Assembly: GCA_020184695.1 (NCBI GenBank)
Contig: JAANOX010000126.1
Coordinates: 620,001 to 684,000 of the forward strand
Direction of reading: 5' to 3'
Length of the DNA: 64,000 nucleotides
From: Histomonas meleagridis 2922-C6/04-290x
Lineage: Eukaryota > Protista > Parabasalia
Positions 34,214 through 47,521 of this stretch are shown piece by piece (position 1 is the first letter of the stretch; each line of letters starts with the position of its first letter). Both the position numbers and the translations under genes were made by a program. Under the pieces are notes generated by a model, which saw only the letters and a program-made list of their open reading frames with translations, was not told the DNA's origin and did no database searches.

Positions 34214-37200
34214 TTACACTCGAGTCTTTAGTTTTTCAGATTTTTCGCACAAGTTATTTACTAATGAGTTATGATTATGAATTTTCGTTATACATTTCGA
34301 AAGCACAAAAAGCGAACAATTTTTCGATATTCGACTCTCATAAGTAATAAAAGAAGACGAATAAAAGGAAAGAAGCTCAATATCAATGTCATCTTCTTTA
34401 TATTTAAACAGCAAAGAAAGACACAAAAATCCAGAAAAAGAAATTTTTAAATTTTCTGATCGAAGACATTTCGTAAGAATTGGTATAGAACGTCTTAGAT
34501 CAGTAAAATCATTAATTGTTAAAAAAGAATATTCAATGTCCATTAAATAACTTAAAAATTTTGTCGTTTTTGCATTTTGAAGTAAATTTACAATTTGATT
34601 ACAAAGATTTGATTCTAATATCAAATCAGATCTTACTTCATTTGACTTGAAGATTTCTACTAATTCCGAAATTTTATTCGTTGATAGTATATAATATGAA
34701 ACATAATAAAATTCAGGAAATGAAAGTAAAAAATCCGTTAAGTTGGGGCAGTCCAAGAAAATTGAATACAGCTCCGATAGCTTCTCAATATTTGAATTAC
34801 CGATAGGAAGAAATTCTTTTACAATTTCAGAAATTTTTGAATAAAATTCGTTACAATAATAAATCAATAAATTTAATGCGTTAATGTTTGATTGTGATGA
34901 CTTTGCTAAAGCTAAAATCATTTCTTTATATGATGAAGGAAGAGATTGTTTCCAGTATGTAAATAAATCGATAAATTCATCAAATTTTCCAATTGTATTT
35001 TCCCATAAATAATTTGCTAAATCATTAAAAGCGTCAAATCTAAATGTATCTTGAATACTAATTGATAATGCTTGATAACAACTTATCGGAACAATATTCA
35101 TTAACATGATTAATCTTTTCATATTATTTTCATCGATCGAGTCCACTTTTTGAATAATCTTATGAATTGTTGTCAAAAGTTTTTGAAGGAGATTTACCGG
35201 CTGTTTTCTCATTGAATAATTAAGTAAACCATTCAACATCCTCAACTTGTCAAATGTCACTTTTTCCACGTCAATCATTAGCAGCGCTTTTAAAGCTCTA
35301 ATTCGATTTGCTTGTTGATTTTGTTGTGCCAATTGTAACAACGCTGCGATCGTTTCTTCTGTTAAAAATGAAGGATATTTTTCGAAGTCCAAATTTGGCA
35401 AAACTATACTTAATACTATTTCATCATTTGTCAATAACAAATTTGGGATGAAATCCTTTGGCAAATATTTAACAGCGTCTTTTGCCTCCAGCATTTTAAA
35501 CAGCACTTGCAGCAATCGATTCTTACATAAAGGATGTGCCTTCTTATAAATATCAACGAGGAAAGGCACAGCCTCATCACATTTAAATGAATCCTTATCA
35601 ACTGATCTCAAGAAAGACATCAACTGAGAAATGCCATTATTAAAATGTTCCAAATGTCCCAACTCCACTGCGTCATCAATTTTCTTCAAGATTCTCATTC
35701 CGAAATCCGCAGAACCGCCCAAAAAATTATTAAAACTCAAAACTCTTGAGTTAATTGGTGAGAACAAAGACCTCGATCGAATATGTCCGCTTTCACTACT
35801 GCTATGTATCATGATTCCCTTCTTATCGATTCCAGGAAATTGATACTCCGCGTTCTGTAACAGCTGCACAATCTTCGTGAAACTCGGCCTCTTGTTATTG
35901 TCTTGGTCCCAACATTGTCTCATCAGCTTCGCAAGTGGCTCTGGCGTATTCTCCGGTATTATTGGCCTTCGTCCATCCTCTACAACTTGCACTGATATCG
36001 ACGAAATGTCTTCGCCTTCATACGGCCTTTTCCCAGTCAGTAATTCCCATAATAATATACCAAATGAATAAACATCTACTTTCTCATCATAAAAAGGATT
36101 CGAAAGAACAACTTCAGGAGCCATCCACAACGTAGTCCCAACTAATCCGGTCATTGGCACTGTCGACTTCGTTCGCGCTAATCCGAAGTCGCATATTTTC
36201 GCGCGCTTCTTCTCGTCTAACAAAACATTCAGACTTTTAAGGTCGCGATGAATGATGCCGCGACTGTGTAAGTACTCTAAGCCTAACGCAACGTCCAGTG
36301 CTATTAAGGAGCGATCTGTTGGCGTGAGATCTTCGCCGCGTTCTTTGAGGAAGTTATATAATGAACCATTGACCATGTAATCTGTGAGGATACAAAAAGG
36401 TGCTTCAACTGTGTAGCCACGGAACTTAACAAGTGATGGATGTGAGAGCATTGATAATGTGAATACTTCGCGACGAAACATTTCAAGATCACTAGCTTTG
36501 AGTTCACGTGTTTTGAGGATTTTTACGGCAACTTCTTGCCCTGTGTTCTTTATTCGACCACGTACAACTTTGCCACTACGTCCAAAGCCGATTTGTTCTT
36601 CGAATTCGATATCTTCATATTTCAAGATAAAATTAAGGGTGGGTGGTAAATCTAAAATTGGGATTTTATCGGAATATTGGGAATCGGAATTATATATACC
36701 ATATGATTCAAGTGATATAAGACGATCTTCTACGCGTTTTTTGACATCTGGTCGAGACGAAACATCACTCCGATTTTTTACTTGATTGATAATGATAGAA
36801 ATCCATTTTACATCAACTTCGTTTTGAAATGATAGATCAGATTCTGGGATATCAAATATTGATCCTAACTTTGGAAAACCAATTCCTTCAAATGCTTTCT
36901 TAAAAGACTTTCTGAGTTGAATAAATTCTTGATAAACATTTCTCATTGATGTCATTATAACAAATTGTGTTGAATTTTCTCGGGAACATTGACTTTGAAG
37001 TTGTTGAAATTGTTCAAGACAATCACATAAATTTAATAATTCTTTTTTGTTGATCTTTTTTGGTATTTCCATTTGAGATGCTTGAGTTTGAATTATTTTA
37101 TGTACTTCTCTAAGTTTTGATAATAAGTCATTTACTTTGGAACGATGAACATAAGGATATGGGTTAGCTTTTAATGTTATTGCAATTCGATTTGAAATAT

Positions 37201-37225
37201 CAGTTAAAAGTTTTACATCCCCCAT
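34214..37225 (-). CDS. TKL-family protein kinase (helical N-terminus, kinase domain, HEAT/ARM-like C-terminus)
   Basis: IGFGRSGKV, VAVK, IIHRDLKSLNVLL, ICDFGLART, GTTLWMAPEV, DVYSFGILLWELLTGKRPY. Confidence 0.92.
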   Translation of the reverse strand: MGDVKLLTDISNRIAITLKANPYPYVHRSKVNDLLSKLREVHKIIQTQASQMEIPKKINKKELLNLCDCLEQFQQLQSQCSRENSTQFVIMTSMRNVYQEFIQLRKSFKKAFEGIGFPKLGSIFDIPESDLSFQNEVDVKWISIIINQVKNRSDVSSRPDVKKRVEDRLISLESYGIYNSDSQYSDKIPILDLPPTLNFILKYEDIEFEEQIGFGRSGKVVRGRIKNTGQEVAVKILKTRELKASDLEMFRREVFTLSMLSHPSLVKFRGYTVEAPFCILTDYMVNGSLYNFLKERGEDLTPTDRSLIALDVALGLEYLHSRGIIHRDLKSLNVLLDEKKRAKICDFGLARTKSTVPMTGLVGTTLWMAPEVVLSNPFYDEKVDVYSFGILLWELLTGKRPYEGEDISSISVQVVEDGRRPIIPENTPEPLAKLMRQCWDQDNNKRPSFTKIVQLLQNAEYQFPGIDKKGIMIHSSSESGHIRSRSLFSPINSRVLSFNNFLGGSADFGMRILKKIDDAVELGHLEHFNNGISQLMSFLRSVDKDSFKCDEAVPFLVDIYKKAHPLCKNRLLQVLFKMLEAKDAVKYLPKDFIPNLLLTNDEIVLSIVLPNLDFEKYPSFLTEETIAALLQLAQQNQQANRIRALKALLMIDVEKVTFDKLRMLNGLLNYSMRKQPVNLLQKLLTTIHKIIQKVDSIDENNMKRLIMLMNIVPISCYQALSISIQDTFRFDAFNDLANYLWENTIGKFDEFIDLFTYWKQSLPSSYKEMILALAKSSQSNINALNLLIYYCNEFYSKISEIVKEFLPIGNSNIEKLSELYSIFLDCPNLTDFLLSFPEFYYVSYYILSTNKISELVEIFKSNEVRSDLILESNLCNQIVNLLQNAKTTKFLSYLMDIEYSFLTINDFTDLRRSIPILTKCLRSENLKISFSGFLCLSLLFKYKEDDIDIELLSFYSSSFITYESRISKNCSLFVLSKCITKIHNHNSLVNNLCEKSEKLKTRV

Positions 37226-37335
37226 GCAAAAATCGAAGATTATTGAAGAACGTTTATATCATAGTACGTTAAAATTCTTCAAAAGGGATTTTTGCTTCTG
37301 AAAAATAATTTTATACAAAATCAAAGAAGTTGAAA

Positions 37336-38352
37336 ATGAATTCTTTAGTTATTGGTGCAGGACAAAACTTTTCTGGTCAAGTTGGCGCTGAATCAGATGA
37401 TTCTTCAGCTAATGGTTATCCAATTGTAAAAGTACCAGTAGCTATTCCTATTGATCCTAAAGGAATAGTTTCAATAGCAGCCGGATTTAAACATTCCGTC
37501 TTTGTTTTTGATGACGGTAAGGTAGTTGTTATTGGAGATGATAGAAATTCACAAATTGGTACTCCTGATAAACAAGCGTATTTAAAGCCAACAAGTGTAA
37601 CTATAAATACACAGCAAAAAATACTTCAAGCAGCTTGTGGTCAATATTATACAGCTTATTTACTTGATGATGGTTCAATTTTAATATGTGGCTGGAGGAG
37701 AAATGGCGAACCATTTACCTTTAAACCCGATGAAAAATTTGTTTTCATTAATGCAGGATTTGATTCTCCTGTAGCCATTGATTCCAAAGGTGATTTTTAT
37801 ATATTTGATTCTGATTATACAAAACCCCCACAAAAGTATCATTTAGATCAACCAGTCTATGACATAGCGCGTGGCCAAGATTTTGTACTTGTTGTAACCC
37901 TTGATAACAAAGTCTATGGCAATGGTATAATGAATGAAGATAAATCACAAGATTTCAAACTCATCAAATCTCTTTCTCCATACAAGATAACACGCGTCTA
38001 TGCAAGTTATTCCGTTGCAGGCGCACTCTCCGATGACGGCAAAGCTCTTCTTCACGCGCAGGAAGGATTCGTTGTCGTCGAAGGTCTTCAAGACGAGAAA
38101 ATCATTGATATGGACGTCGGCCAATATTACTCCATATTCGTCGCCGAAGATGGGAAGATGTACAGCTGCGGCGATAATATTTATGGGGAACTTCTTTTGG
38201 GAAGGACTGATGATCAGCCTGTGTCGATCACGTTGGGGCCTTTCTCGCTGAGGTCAAAGATTTCATACGTGAAATGCGGAACGCATCATTCATTCGCAAT
38301 TGTAAACGGTGGAAATGTGCCGCACTTAGGAAAGATGGCTTTCAATAAATGA
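37336..38352 (+). CDS. RCC1-repeat beta-propeller protein
   Basis: SIAAGFKHSVF, QAACGQYYTAYL, DMDVGQYYSIF, YSCGDNIYGEL, VKCGTHHSFAI. Confidence 0.88.
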   Translation: MNSLVIGAGQNFSGQVGAESDDSSANGYPIVKVPVAIPIDPKGIVSIAAGFKHSVFVFDDGKVVVIGDDRNSQIGTPDKQAYLKPTSVTINTQQKILQAACGQYYTAYLLDDGSILICGWRRNGEPFTFKPDEKFVFINAGFDSPVAIDSKGDFYIFDSDYTKPPQKYHLDQPVYDIARGQDFVLVVTLDNKVYGNGIMNEDKSQDFKLIKSLSPYKITRVYASYSVAGALSDDGKALLHAQEGFVVVEGLQDEKIIDMDVGQYYSIFVAEDGKMYSCGDNIYGELLLGRTDDQPVSITLGPFSLRSKISYVKCGTHHSFAIVNGGNVPHLGKMAFNK

Positions 38353-38741
38353 ATAATTGAAAGAGAAGAAAAGTTTATTGTAAAAATTGTTTTTTTTTTT
38401 ATGCAATTGTTGTGAATGGTTTCTTACTTAAATGAAAACGAAATAAATAAATCATTAATTTGTTTTGAAGAACTTGAAATCAATGGGAATATAAAAACGT
38501 TATAGTGGTTTGTTGTTTATTCTTGTTATTCATTAAATAAATAAATTCTTTAGAGATGGATGGTCATGCCAACAAAAAGGCAGAAGATCATTCGAACTCA
38601 AGAAATTTCTTACTTCTTATTAATATAATATTATCAAAAAATTTAATTTGACCGTTTATATTTCAAAAAAATGCCGTCGTGGCAAAACGGTCGTTTTTGT
38701 GGGGCACTCCCATTGAAAATTACCCCTTGAAATGTTAAATT

Positions 38742-41455
38742 ATGGAAACAACTTGTCGAATAGAGCAAAACAATATTGCTAAATTCCAGCCGAATATTCA
38801 AAATTTCGAAGCTGCTGTAAAGAAGGCAGAGGGAAAACCAATTATTTTTGTAACTATTTTTGGTCAATATCAAATTGGGAAATCGTCAACAATCAAAAAT
38901 CTTATCAATGATTTGAATATTCAAATTGGCGATGGGATGAACGATCAAACGATGGGAGCTTTTGTTTATGGGCCAATTTCTTTAAATTTTCTCCGAAAAA
39001 GATTTGGAATGGAAGAGATAACAGTGATGAGACGCAAATATTTTTTGTTGATACAGAAGGATCAGACGGGAAAGAAGGAAATGGAAATCCTATAGCTTCA
39101 CAAAATTTAATGATTCAACTCATCTCACCATATGTGATACTTTCGGATGTTATCATACCTACGATTCCTCCAAATGTAGTCTCCGACTCTCTCCAAACGT
39201 ATCAAGCTATTCTTAATTCAGTTAATCAAATATACCTTGCAACGATGGGGTGTCAAATAGTCAAACGCATTATTGGACTTGTACCATCAGTTGCTGAATA
39301 TCAACCTGAAAAAGAAGGAAAATTCAAAAAGAAACAGAAAAAGGTTACCAAATCAATGAACATAAAATTTCATAACAGTATTTCTTTCACTGAGTATATT
39401 CCCCTTTCATATTACAACAATAGCTTTGATGTATTTAATCAAGATCTATCATTTAAAGCTGGTTTTAAGATCTTTGCGCAGCATTTAATTAAACACATTG
39501 AAGAAACAAGTAAAGAATTTGTCCTTAGTTCTGACGAAGCTATTGCTATGTTTAAGAAGGTAACAGAATGCACTGAAGTTAATAATTACTATGAAATTGC
39601 ACAACAAGCTATAAAACATGCGAAGAATGAAATGTTATTTAAGAAATACGATCCAATTGTTAATGAAATGATTGATAATGAAATTAATGAATTACAGAAA
39701 CAAATTGATGAACTTCAAAATGAATTTGAAAATGAAAAAATTATTAAATATTGTCCAATAAATTCTGAATGTATTGTTAAAAAATTAAATGGAGAAATTG
39801 CAAAATTTGATATCGATGATGTTTTATCAAGTGAATTTAAACGAAGAGTTTTAGAAAATATATCGAAAAAAGTTAATGAATTTAATAATTTATATAATAA
39901 AATTAAGGAAAAGCAAACCGAATATATTGAAGAGATTTTTATGTCATATATTAAAGAAAAAGAAAACGAATGTAAAGAAAAAATTCAAAATACAAAATTA
40001 TCAAAATTATCAAAAATCTTAAAATTAATTAATTTTTATGAATTCGAAAATGAATGTGAATTAAAACTTACTGAACTTTTTTCCGATTTTCGGATTTTTT
40101 TTGATATTAAAAGTAAAATAAAAGAAAAAATTGAAAATGAACAAATAATTTTAACAATAAAAAACGAATTAAAGAAATTAGCAAAAGAAAAAGCTAAAGA
40201 AAATACAGAAGAATCAATAAAACAACTTGAAGAATTAGCAGACACAATCATCGAAGAAGAAATCGAATCACAAAAAAGTAAAATCGCCGAAAGTAAAAAT
40301 ATCACCGATTTTAATGAAAGCAAATTCACTTTAATCAGTCAAACAAAACGAAAATGTTTAAATGCACTTAAAAAAGAATTCAAAGAAGAATTTAAAGAAA
40401 AATTAGATGACAACAAAGAAGAAATAATGGACAAATATATATATCATCAATTAGTTAAACGAATGAATGAAATAAATTCGTTCATCTCTGAAAGTAACAA
40501 AAGACAAATCGATGAAATAACAAGAAAAATTGAAAGTGAAATGCGATTATTCATTAACGAGAAAATACAAAAAGCAACAGCACAAATTGATGAAATGTTT
40601 TCTACTGATACAAATGAAATCTTAGATAAAAGTAAAATCAAAAGAATCGAAAGTGAATGTCAACAAAAGTTAGAACAATTATGTAATGATTTATCTATTA
40701 ATCAAACAGTACGCGAACGAATCGAATCATTTATTAAACAAGAAACGAAGACAAACATTGATCAAATTAGTTCAATAGCAGAAAATGCAGCACAAAAAAA
40801 TGCACAAACATTAATACAACAACTTCAAGAAATGGCAGACGGAATAGTTAATAATGAAATGACAAATCAAGAAAACAAAATACGTCGAAGTGATTATGAT
40901 AAGTTAAAAACAACATCAATGAATTTGCAACAATCAATCATTACTAATTGTATTAGTAACTTAAGATTAAGTTGTAATTGTCGAGTTAAAGAAAACATAC
41001 AAAAGAGAATAGAAAATTATATTACAGAGAAAATATCAAAGCAAATGCAAGAGTTAAATCAACTTAAATCTGATGAAAGAAATAAGAAACTGAAGAAAAT
41101 AATACAAAGTTATAAAGAAATGATTAACAATGAAATAGAAAATGGTAAAATGAAAGCTGAAATGGAAATTAGTGATAAATCTGATGTTAACTTTAAAGAT
41201 ATTTATCCAGAGAATACAATTAAATTCATTGATAAAAAATGTGATGCAATTATCGAAGGAGCAATAAGTGAAATCCAAGATGAACTAAATCAATATAAAA
41301 TTATGGAAATGAAAAATTGTCAAGAAGAGTTATGCGAAATGACTAAAAGTATAGCAAAAAAGAATAGAAAGAACAAGGAAAAAGTACGTAAAATCCTTTG
41401 GGATGTGGCAGAGAGCGTGACATGCATTGCTGTGAAACTATTTTTCCCATTTTAA
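38742..41455 (+). CDS. Guanylate-binding protein (GBP/atlastin-like) GTPase with a long coiled-coil C-terminus; one frameshift at about 39025
   Basis: P-loop TIFGQYQIGKSSTI, G2 QTMGAFVY, and IFFVDTEGSDG (G3 DTEG) in the shifted frame, which continues into ORF 39110-41455. Confidence 0.75.
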
Positions 41456-41940
41456 AAGGTTTATGAGTAAAACATATGAAATTTTAAAGAACATTTGTTC
41501 AAATATCGATTTTTAAAATAAACTAAATTGATATTTATAGAAATGTGTTATGTGTTGACGTTCCAAATTGTAAATAAAGAAATATTTCAAATAAAAAGAA
41601 GATGATTATAAATATGGATTTTGATTTCTTTAGAAATAAATAAAAAAAAAATCGATCAAATAGTGCAGAAGGTAAAATTATGATAAGGAAAAAATTTAAT
41701 CAATATATGCATATTTTAGAAATATTTATTTTATTGCCAGATGCATCCAACTATTGCTTTACAAAATAAACATACCCTTTTGGTCTCCAAAAAGTTGTTC
41801 ATTTACAGCGAGCACCTTATGTGAATTTCAGCGGGATTCAGCAGAAAAAGACCGAAGGCTTCCCAGCGATGATAAAACCATAGCCGAACCTCACCCCCAC
41901 ATCGTAGCGGTTTTTTCAATGCCATTCGAATTCGAATTGA

Positions 41941-44900
41941 ATGCTTTATAAAGGTTGTGTAAACAGTTATTTTCAATTGTTATTTGAACGTTTTGGATGT
42001 TTCACTTTCCTTGCAATTCTTTTCGTTTATGCACAACAGATATTCATTGAAGGCAATGATACATTGATAATCCTCAATGAAAATGATTTAACTAATGAAT
42101 ACAAAGACATTACGAAGCATATTTTGATTTATGGCATAATTCCAAAAAGCTCATTCAACGAGTGGCCAAACATTATTTCTGTAAACATAAGTAATTCAGT
42201 CCGTTTGATTGACTCAAATTCTTTTTCAAATTGCAATAAATTAGAAAACATTAACTTTGGCGAAAACTTAATAACTATTGGTACCTATGCATTTTCCTAT
42301 TGTATATCTTTGACAAATATCAATCTTCCTAATTCAGTTACGACAATTGGTGAAACTTCATTTTCATTTTGTACATCATTAAAGAAAATTATTTTTAGTG
42401 AAAACATAAAAAAAAATTGGCGCTCAAGCATTTGGTAATTGTTACATGCCTCAAAGCATTAAAATTCCACCTTTACTTTCGATTATTGCTGCTTATACAT
42501 TCCAGAAGTGCACAAGTTTAACGACGGTTATCCTCAACGATAACATAGAATTAATTGGAGATCGTGCTTTTAATGAATGTTATTCGTTACGAAACATTAC
42601 AATTCCAAATTCAGTGATCACGATAATGGGTACAGCATTTCGTAAATGTTATAATTTAGAAAATGTAATTTTGAGTGGAAATTTAACAGATATTGGTTTT
42701 TCAATGTTTGATAACTGCATTTCATTACGCAATATAACAATTCCAAATTCAGTTACCAGTATTAATTCTTATGCTTTTTCCAACTGCACAAATTTAGAAG
42801 CGATTTATGGTGGCGAAAACATTGAAAGAATTGATAATAAAGCATTTTATTCATGTTTCAAATTAAATGTAATTAGTTTTAGTAATTTAACCATAATTAA
42901 AAATAATGCATTTGAATCATGTTTAAGTATCGAAACGATTTCATTTCCATCTGTAACTTATATTGGCAATAATTGTTTTTTACATTGCCAAAATCTCAAA
43001 AATGTTTCGTTACCTAAAATCGAGATATGTTCAGATGGATGTTTTTCAGAATGTACACATTTAATGCATGCAGATATACCTAATGTTAAACGCATTGGAG
43101 TTTTTTCGTTTTCTTATTGTTCTTTAGTTAACATTGATTATCCAAATGTTGAATTCATTAATGAGACAGCATTTTATTGTTGTTTACATCTTGTTTCATT
43201 TCGATTTGAAAATGTTCAAAGAATTTGTAACAATGCGTTTGAGAAATGTATTTATTTAACAAGTTGTTATTTTCCAAATCTTATTGAAGCAGGTGATTAT
43301 TTATTTAAAGAATGCAAATCTTTAACTACTGTTAAAGCGCCTAAACTTATAAAATGTGGTCAAAAAATGTTTCAAGGACAAAACAATATCCAAAATTTCG
43401 ATCTTCCAAGTCTCGAAGTAGCTCCCGATTATTTATTTTCGAACATCAATGATATATATACAATTAATATTCCGAATTGTAAAACGTTTGGGAAATCATG
43501 TTTTGCGAACTCAAAAATAGATATCTATTATCTCAGCATTGAGATTTTACAGTTCAATGTAACATTTATTGACGATTATTGTTTCGATAGTTGTTTTATC
43601 ATTGGTAATGTTTATTTTCCATATTTGGAATATATTGGTAATTATTCATTTTATAATTCTTCGATAACTTCTTTCAATTTTCCTTCATTAAAAATTTGCG
43701 GTGATTATGCGTTTAAATGTTGCGATGTCTACAACCCAGATGGTAATATAAATTGGTCGAATTTGGAATTTCTTGGTAATGAAGTTTTTGGTGATAATAC
43801 ATTTCAAAATTTCTTTGCACCAAAGTTAATCGAAATTGGCAATCGATGTTTTGTTGATCAACAAGAATTAAATAATATTTATATTCCAAATGTAGAAAAA
43901 CTTGGAGACGAATGTTTTATGAATTCTAATATCGAAAAAATCAATTTCGATAAATTATTAACAATTGGAGAAAAATGTTTTTATAATTGTAGTCATATAA
44001 AATATTTTAATAATTCAAATATTAAAGAAATTGGTAATTCTGCATTTGAGTTATGTAAAAATCTTGAAACAATTACATTGTTAAATATAACAGAAATAAA
44101 ATCATTTGTATTTAGTGTTTGTAATAAATTAATACATTTAAATATTCCGAAATTACAAATTGTTGGCGAATTTGCATTTTATAAATGTCAATCACTGAAA
44201 GAAATTAATTTTCCAAATGTTGTGCAAATTAATAATTCGGTATTTGAGGATTGTTATAATATGTCAACAATTAATTTACCAAACATTGTAAACATTAAAC
44301 AAAATTTATTTAAGAATTGTATATCATTAACAAATATTAAAATAAATAATATAAATGAAATTGGAAATTCAGCATTTGAAAATTGTATAAAACTTCAAAG
44401 TATTAATTTATCTCAAATTACATGTATACCATCAAAATGTTTTTATAATTGTCAAAATTTAATAAATATTTCATTAGAAAATATCGAAGAAATTGGAACA
44501 TTTGCATTTTTCTTATTGTTTTTCTATAACAAAAATTGAATTGAACAAATTGAGTACTTTACAAAGTAATGTATTTGAAAATTGTAAATCATTGAAAATT
44601 GCGAAATTTGGAATTCTAGAATGACATGAAATTAAAGGTGATTATTGTTTTAAGAATTGTATATCACTTGAATTGATTCATATGCCTTCATTAATATCAA
44701 TTCCATTAAATCTGAAAAATGTGTTTGAAAATTGTTCTTCACTTTCTATCATTTCATTTCCTGATGAACCGCCGAATATGAATTCGAATATATTTGCTAA
44801 TATGAATCGAAATGTTATTAAAGAAGAAGGACATTTAGTTTATGATATCAAATTGTGTTTACCATTTAAAAAGAATTATCCAAATTATGACGTGAACAAG

Positions 44901-45152
44901 ACGAAAGTTTGGAATAATATTTTGGCAATTGAACCTGACAATTATTTCGATGTTTGCATATATGCAAAAGATTCGAAAACCAACCAAACAGGTTTCATTG
45001 TCGCTATTGCCGTTTCTTCTGTTGTTTTTGTTTTGATTATTGTGATTGTCTCTGTGCTATATTATATGAAGAATAAAAAGAATCAGAGACTGAGAGCCGA
45101 AATCGATGAACACATTTTGTTGTCTTTGTCTGTTGTTACAGATTTTGGATAA
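41941..45152 (+). pseudogene. Large BspA-like gene, paralogue of 17116-21483, disrupted
   Basis: LRR_5 repeats, TM, tail ending VTDFG. Frameshifts in homopolymers at about 42410 and 44510, plus an in-frame TGA near 44622 (CTA GAA TGA CAT). Confidence 0.75.
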
Positions 45153-45256
45153 AACATAATATTATGTGCTAAAGCGTTTTATTTATAAAAATGATATAAT
45201 TAAAAATTTTATTGTTTGATAATAAAAAAAATTTTCCCATTTCTCATTCCATTTTT

Positions 45257-45280
45257 TGTGTGTGTGTGTGTGTGTGTGTG
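45257..45280. repeat. (TG)12 microsatellite
   Basis: Perfect tg repeat of 24 nt. Confidence 0.95.
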
Positions 45281-45530
45281 AAAGATTCTTTATTTAAATA
45301 TTGAAAATCTATTTTAGATTTGAGAGAAGTAAAGAAAACTTTGTAAAAGAAATAGTTATTATCACAAAAAATTTATTTATCATAAAACATTTGATTTCAC
45401 GTTATACATTTTTTTTTTACTTTTTCCAAATTAAAAACATAAATAATATTTACCATGGTAATCATTCAGCGAAAACTTCCATAACATCCGCCGAATTATT
45501 TTTTGTTATTTCCCAATAACAATATATATG

Positions 45531-46586
45531 TTATGTGTGATTAGACTTGACTCTAAATCTCTGTGTCACTTCTTTCACTGCTTTCGATCTATGACAGAAC
45601 ATCGATGAAGCCGAGTGAACAAATGTGTTTTTAACATTAGAGTTGTCATACTCCAATTTGTAATCATTAAGAATTGAATCATCAAATGTCATCCCATTCG
45701 ATATCCGTTGTATCGTGTTCCACTTCGGCTTTTCGAGTAACTTCCGAATCCAAACAATTCGCCGTGGTATCGATGGCGCTTGGAACAATGGATGTTCAAC
45801 AATTTCTTTCATCGTTAAACGTTCGCTCGGGTCGACCGTTATCGTTCGATGGATGAGATCGACAACCATCTCCGGGAGGCCCTTCCTGAGGCGGATTGTG
45901 CCTTGGGAAACCTTCTCCTTGAGCCCTCCTAATGATTCGTATTCCCATGGGGAGTAACCGTTGGCCATTATTGCAAATGTGACACCTAACGACCAACAAT
46001 CTGCTTTAAGTGGATCATGTGACTTCTTTTGAAATATCTCTGGTGCAGTAAAGGCTAATGAGCCTGCAAAGGATTTACATAATTGACCATTAACCGTTTT
46101 CATACAAAGACCAAAATCTGCAACTTTGGGGTTGTTGGCATAATCTAGTAAAACATTACTTGGCTTAATGTCGTTATGAGCAATGCCTTTGTTATGACTA
46201 TATAATAATGCATTTGAAATTAATTTTCCAATAAAAATAAATCTGTCAAGTGATAATCCGGATGTTTTGTTGATTTCGGCTTGAAGTGAACCATTTGGAC
46301 AGTATTCAAGTATGAGATAATACTTATTTGCAATACAGAAATGATCATAGAGTCGAATGATGTTTGGATGATCAAGAGATGATAAAGCATTGACTTCTGC
46401 ATCAAAGGCTTTCCATTTTTCAGACTGAGAACCTTCTGTCATCATAACTTTTGCAACAAATGGACAACCAAATCTTTTATCATTTACCAAATATACTTCT
46501 GCAAAACCACCACGTCCAACCATTTCGATGAATTCATAATCTTTTACTGTGAATAATACCTGTTCTGGCGGATTTTGTGGGTGCAT
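45531..46586 (-). CDS. CAMK-group Ser/Thr kinase
   Basis: VGRGGFAEVY, FVAKVM, AHNDIKPSNVLL, VADFGL, GSLAFTAPEI, DCWSLGV. Confidence 0.9.
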   Translation of the reverse strand: MHPQNPPEQVLFTVKDYEFIEMVGRGGFAEVYLVNDKRFGCPFVAKVMMTEGSQSEKWKAFDAEVNALSSLDHPNIIRLYDHFCIANKYYLILEYCPNGSLQAEINKTSGLSLDRFIFIGKLISNALLYSHNKGIAHNDIKPSNVLLDYANNPKVADFGLCMKTVNGQLCKSFAGSLAFTAPEIFQKKSHDPLKADCWSLGVTFAIMANGYSPWEYESLGGLKEKVSQGTIRLRKGLPEMVVDLIHRTITVDPSERLTMKEIVEHPLFQAPSIPRRIVWIRKLLEKPKWNTIQRISNGMTFDDSILNDYKLEYDNSNVKNTFVHSASSMFCHRSKAVKEVTQRFRVKSNHT

Positions 46587-47002
46587 CCGCGAAACTTATA
46601 ATTTACTGGAAATGAAAGCGACTTTTTGAATGCCAAGAATATGGTTCCCATTGTTCACAAAATCTTGAGCACAATTTTTCAGAGGTTGAAATCGAACGTT
46701 CCTCTGAAATTTTTCTTGCCCTTCATTCAATAGTGGTTGACCAAAACTTTCAGGGTAACGACCAATTACTCGCTCAAAACTAACCATACAAAAGGCAAAA
46801 CGTTCGAGAAATATTTCTTAAGTTTTTGGTTGATGTATAAAAAAAAAATATTTATTTAACGTTATACCATATTGTTGTATATGTTATTGTTTTATGCTTT
46901 TGTTGAAATTTTTTATGTTCAATGTGTATAATATGACTTGAAATAAACATGAATAAATATTGTTATGAGCGCACATAAAAATATAAAAATCAAACATAAA
47001 GT

Positions 47003-47521
47003 TTATTGAAATATTTCTGAAATCCATCGAAATATATCAGTTAACCCAATACCATTCACAGAACTTGTTTCTAAAAATTTAATCCTTTCTGTGTTGAGGA
47101 GATTCTCAAAACCAATGATCTCGTCTATTGTATTGAAAGTAAGAGATTCCGGAATATCACATTTTGAAAGTGCAACCAAAACTTGTTTCTCTTTAAGGTC
47201 TTCATCATTTAGCAAGCGGTTTAGATAAACAACATTATATGCAGTTTTAGTATAATCAGCAGAATCAAAAACATAAACAATTGCCTTAGAATCAATTGAA
47301 TGACTTTTCCATTCTTTAATTGAAGCACCTCCAAGCTCTTGAAGTGATAATGGTTTTCCTTTTAGCTTTAAATTTGATGTTGAAATTCCTTCTGTCGGTG
47401 TAGTTGTAGGAATCGGGTCAAAAGGGGTGAGCTTCTTTTTGTTTAATAGTTCCAACATTCTTTTAATTAATAGAGATTTTCCTGAACTATTTGGCCCAAG
47501 GAAAATTATTTTATCGCTCAT
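47003..47521 (-). CDS. ARL16: ARF-like small GTPase, ARL16-like
   Basis: GPNSSGKSLLIKR, TTPTEG, and LQELGG (ELGG in place of WDxGG is characteristic of ARL16); SKCD as G4. Confidence 0.65.
   Translation of the reverse strand: MSDKIIFLGPNSSGKSLLIKRMLELLNKKKLTPFDPIPTTTPTEGISTSNLKLKGKPLSLQELGGASIKEWKSHSIDSKAIVYVFDSADYTKTAYNVVYLNRLLNDEDLKEKQVLVALSKCDIPESLTFNTIDEIIGFENLLNTERIKFLETSSVNGIGLTDIFRWISEIFQ

Noticed and set aside
44615-44630. In-frame TGA in a BspA gene as evidence of codon reassignment
   Set aside because: It is a single instance in a gene with other lesions, and TGA serves as a normal terminator elsewhere (e.g. 4427, 16877-15405 gene, 38352).
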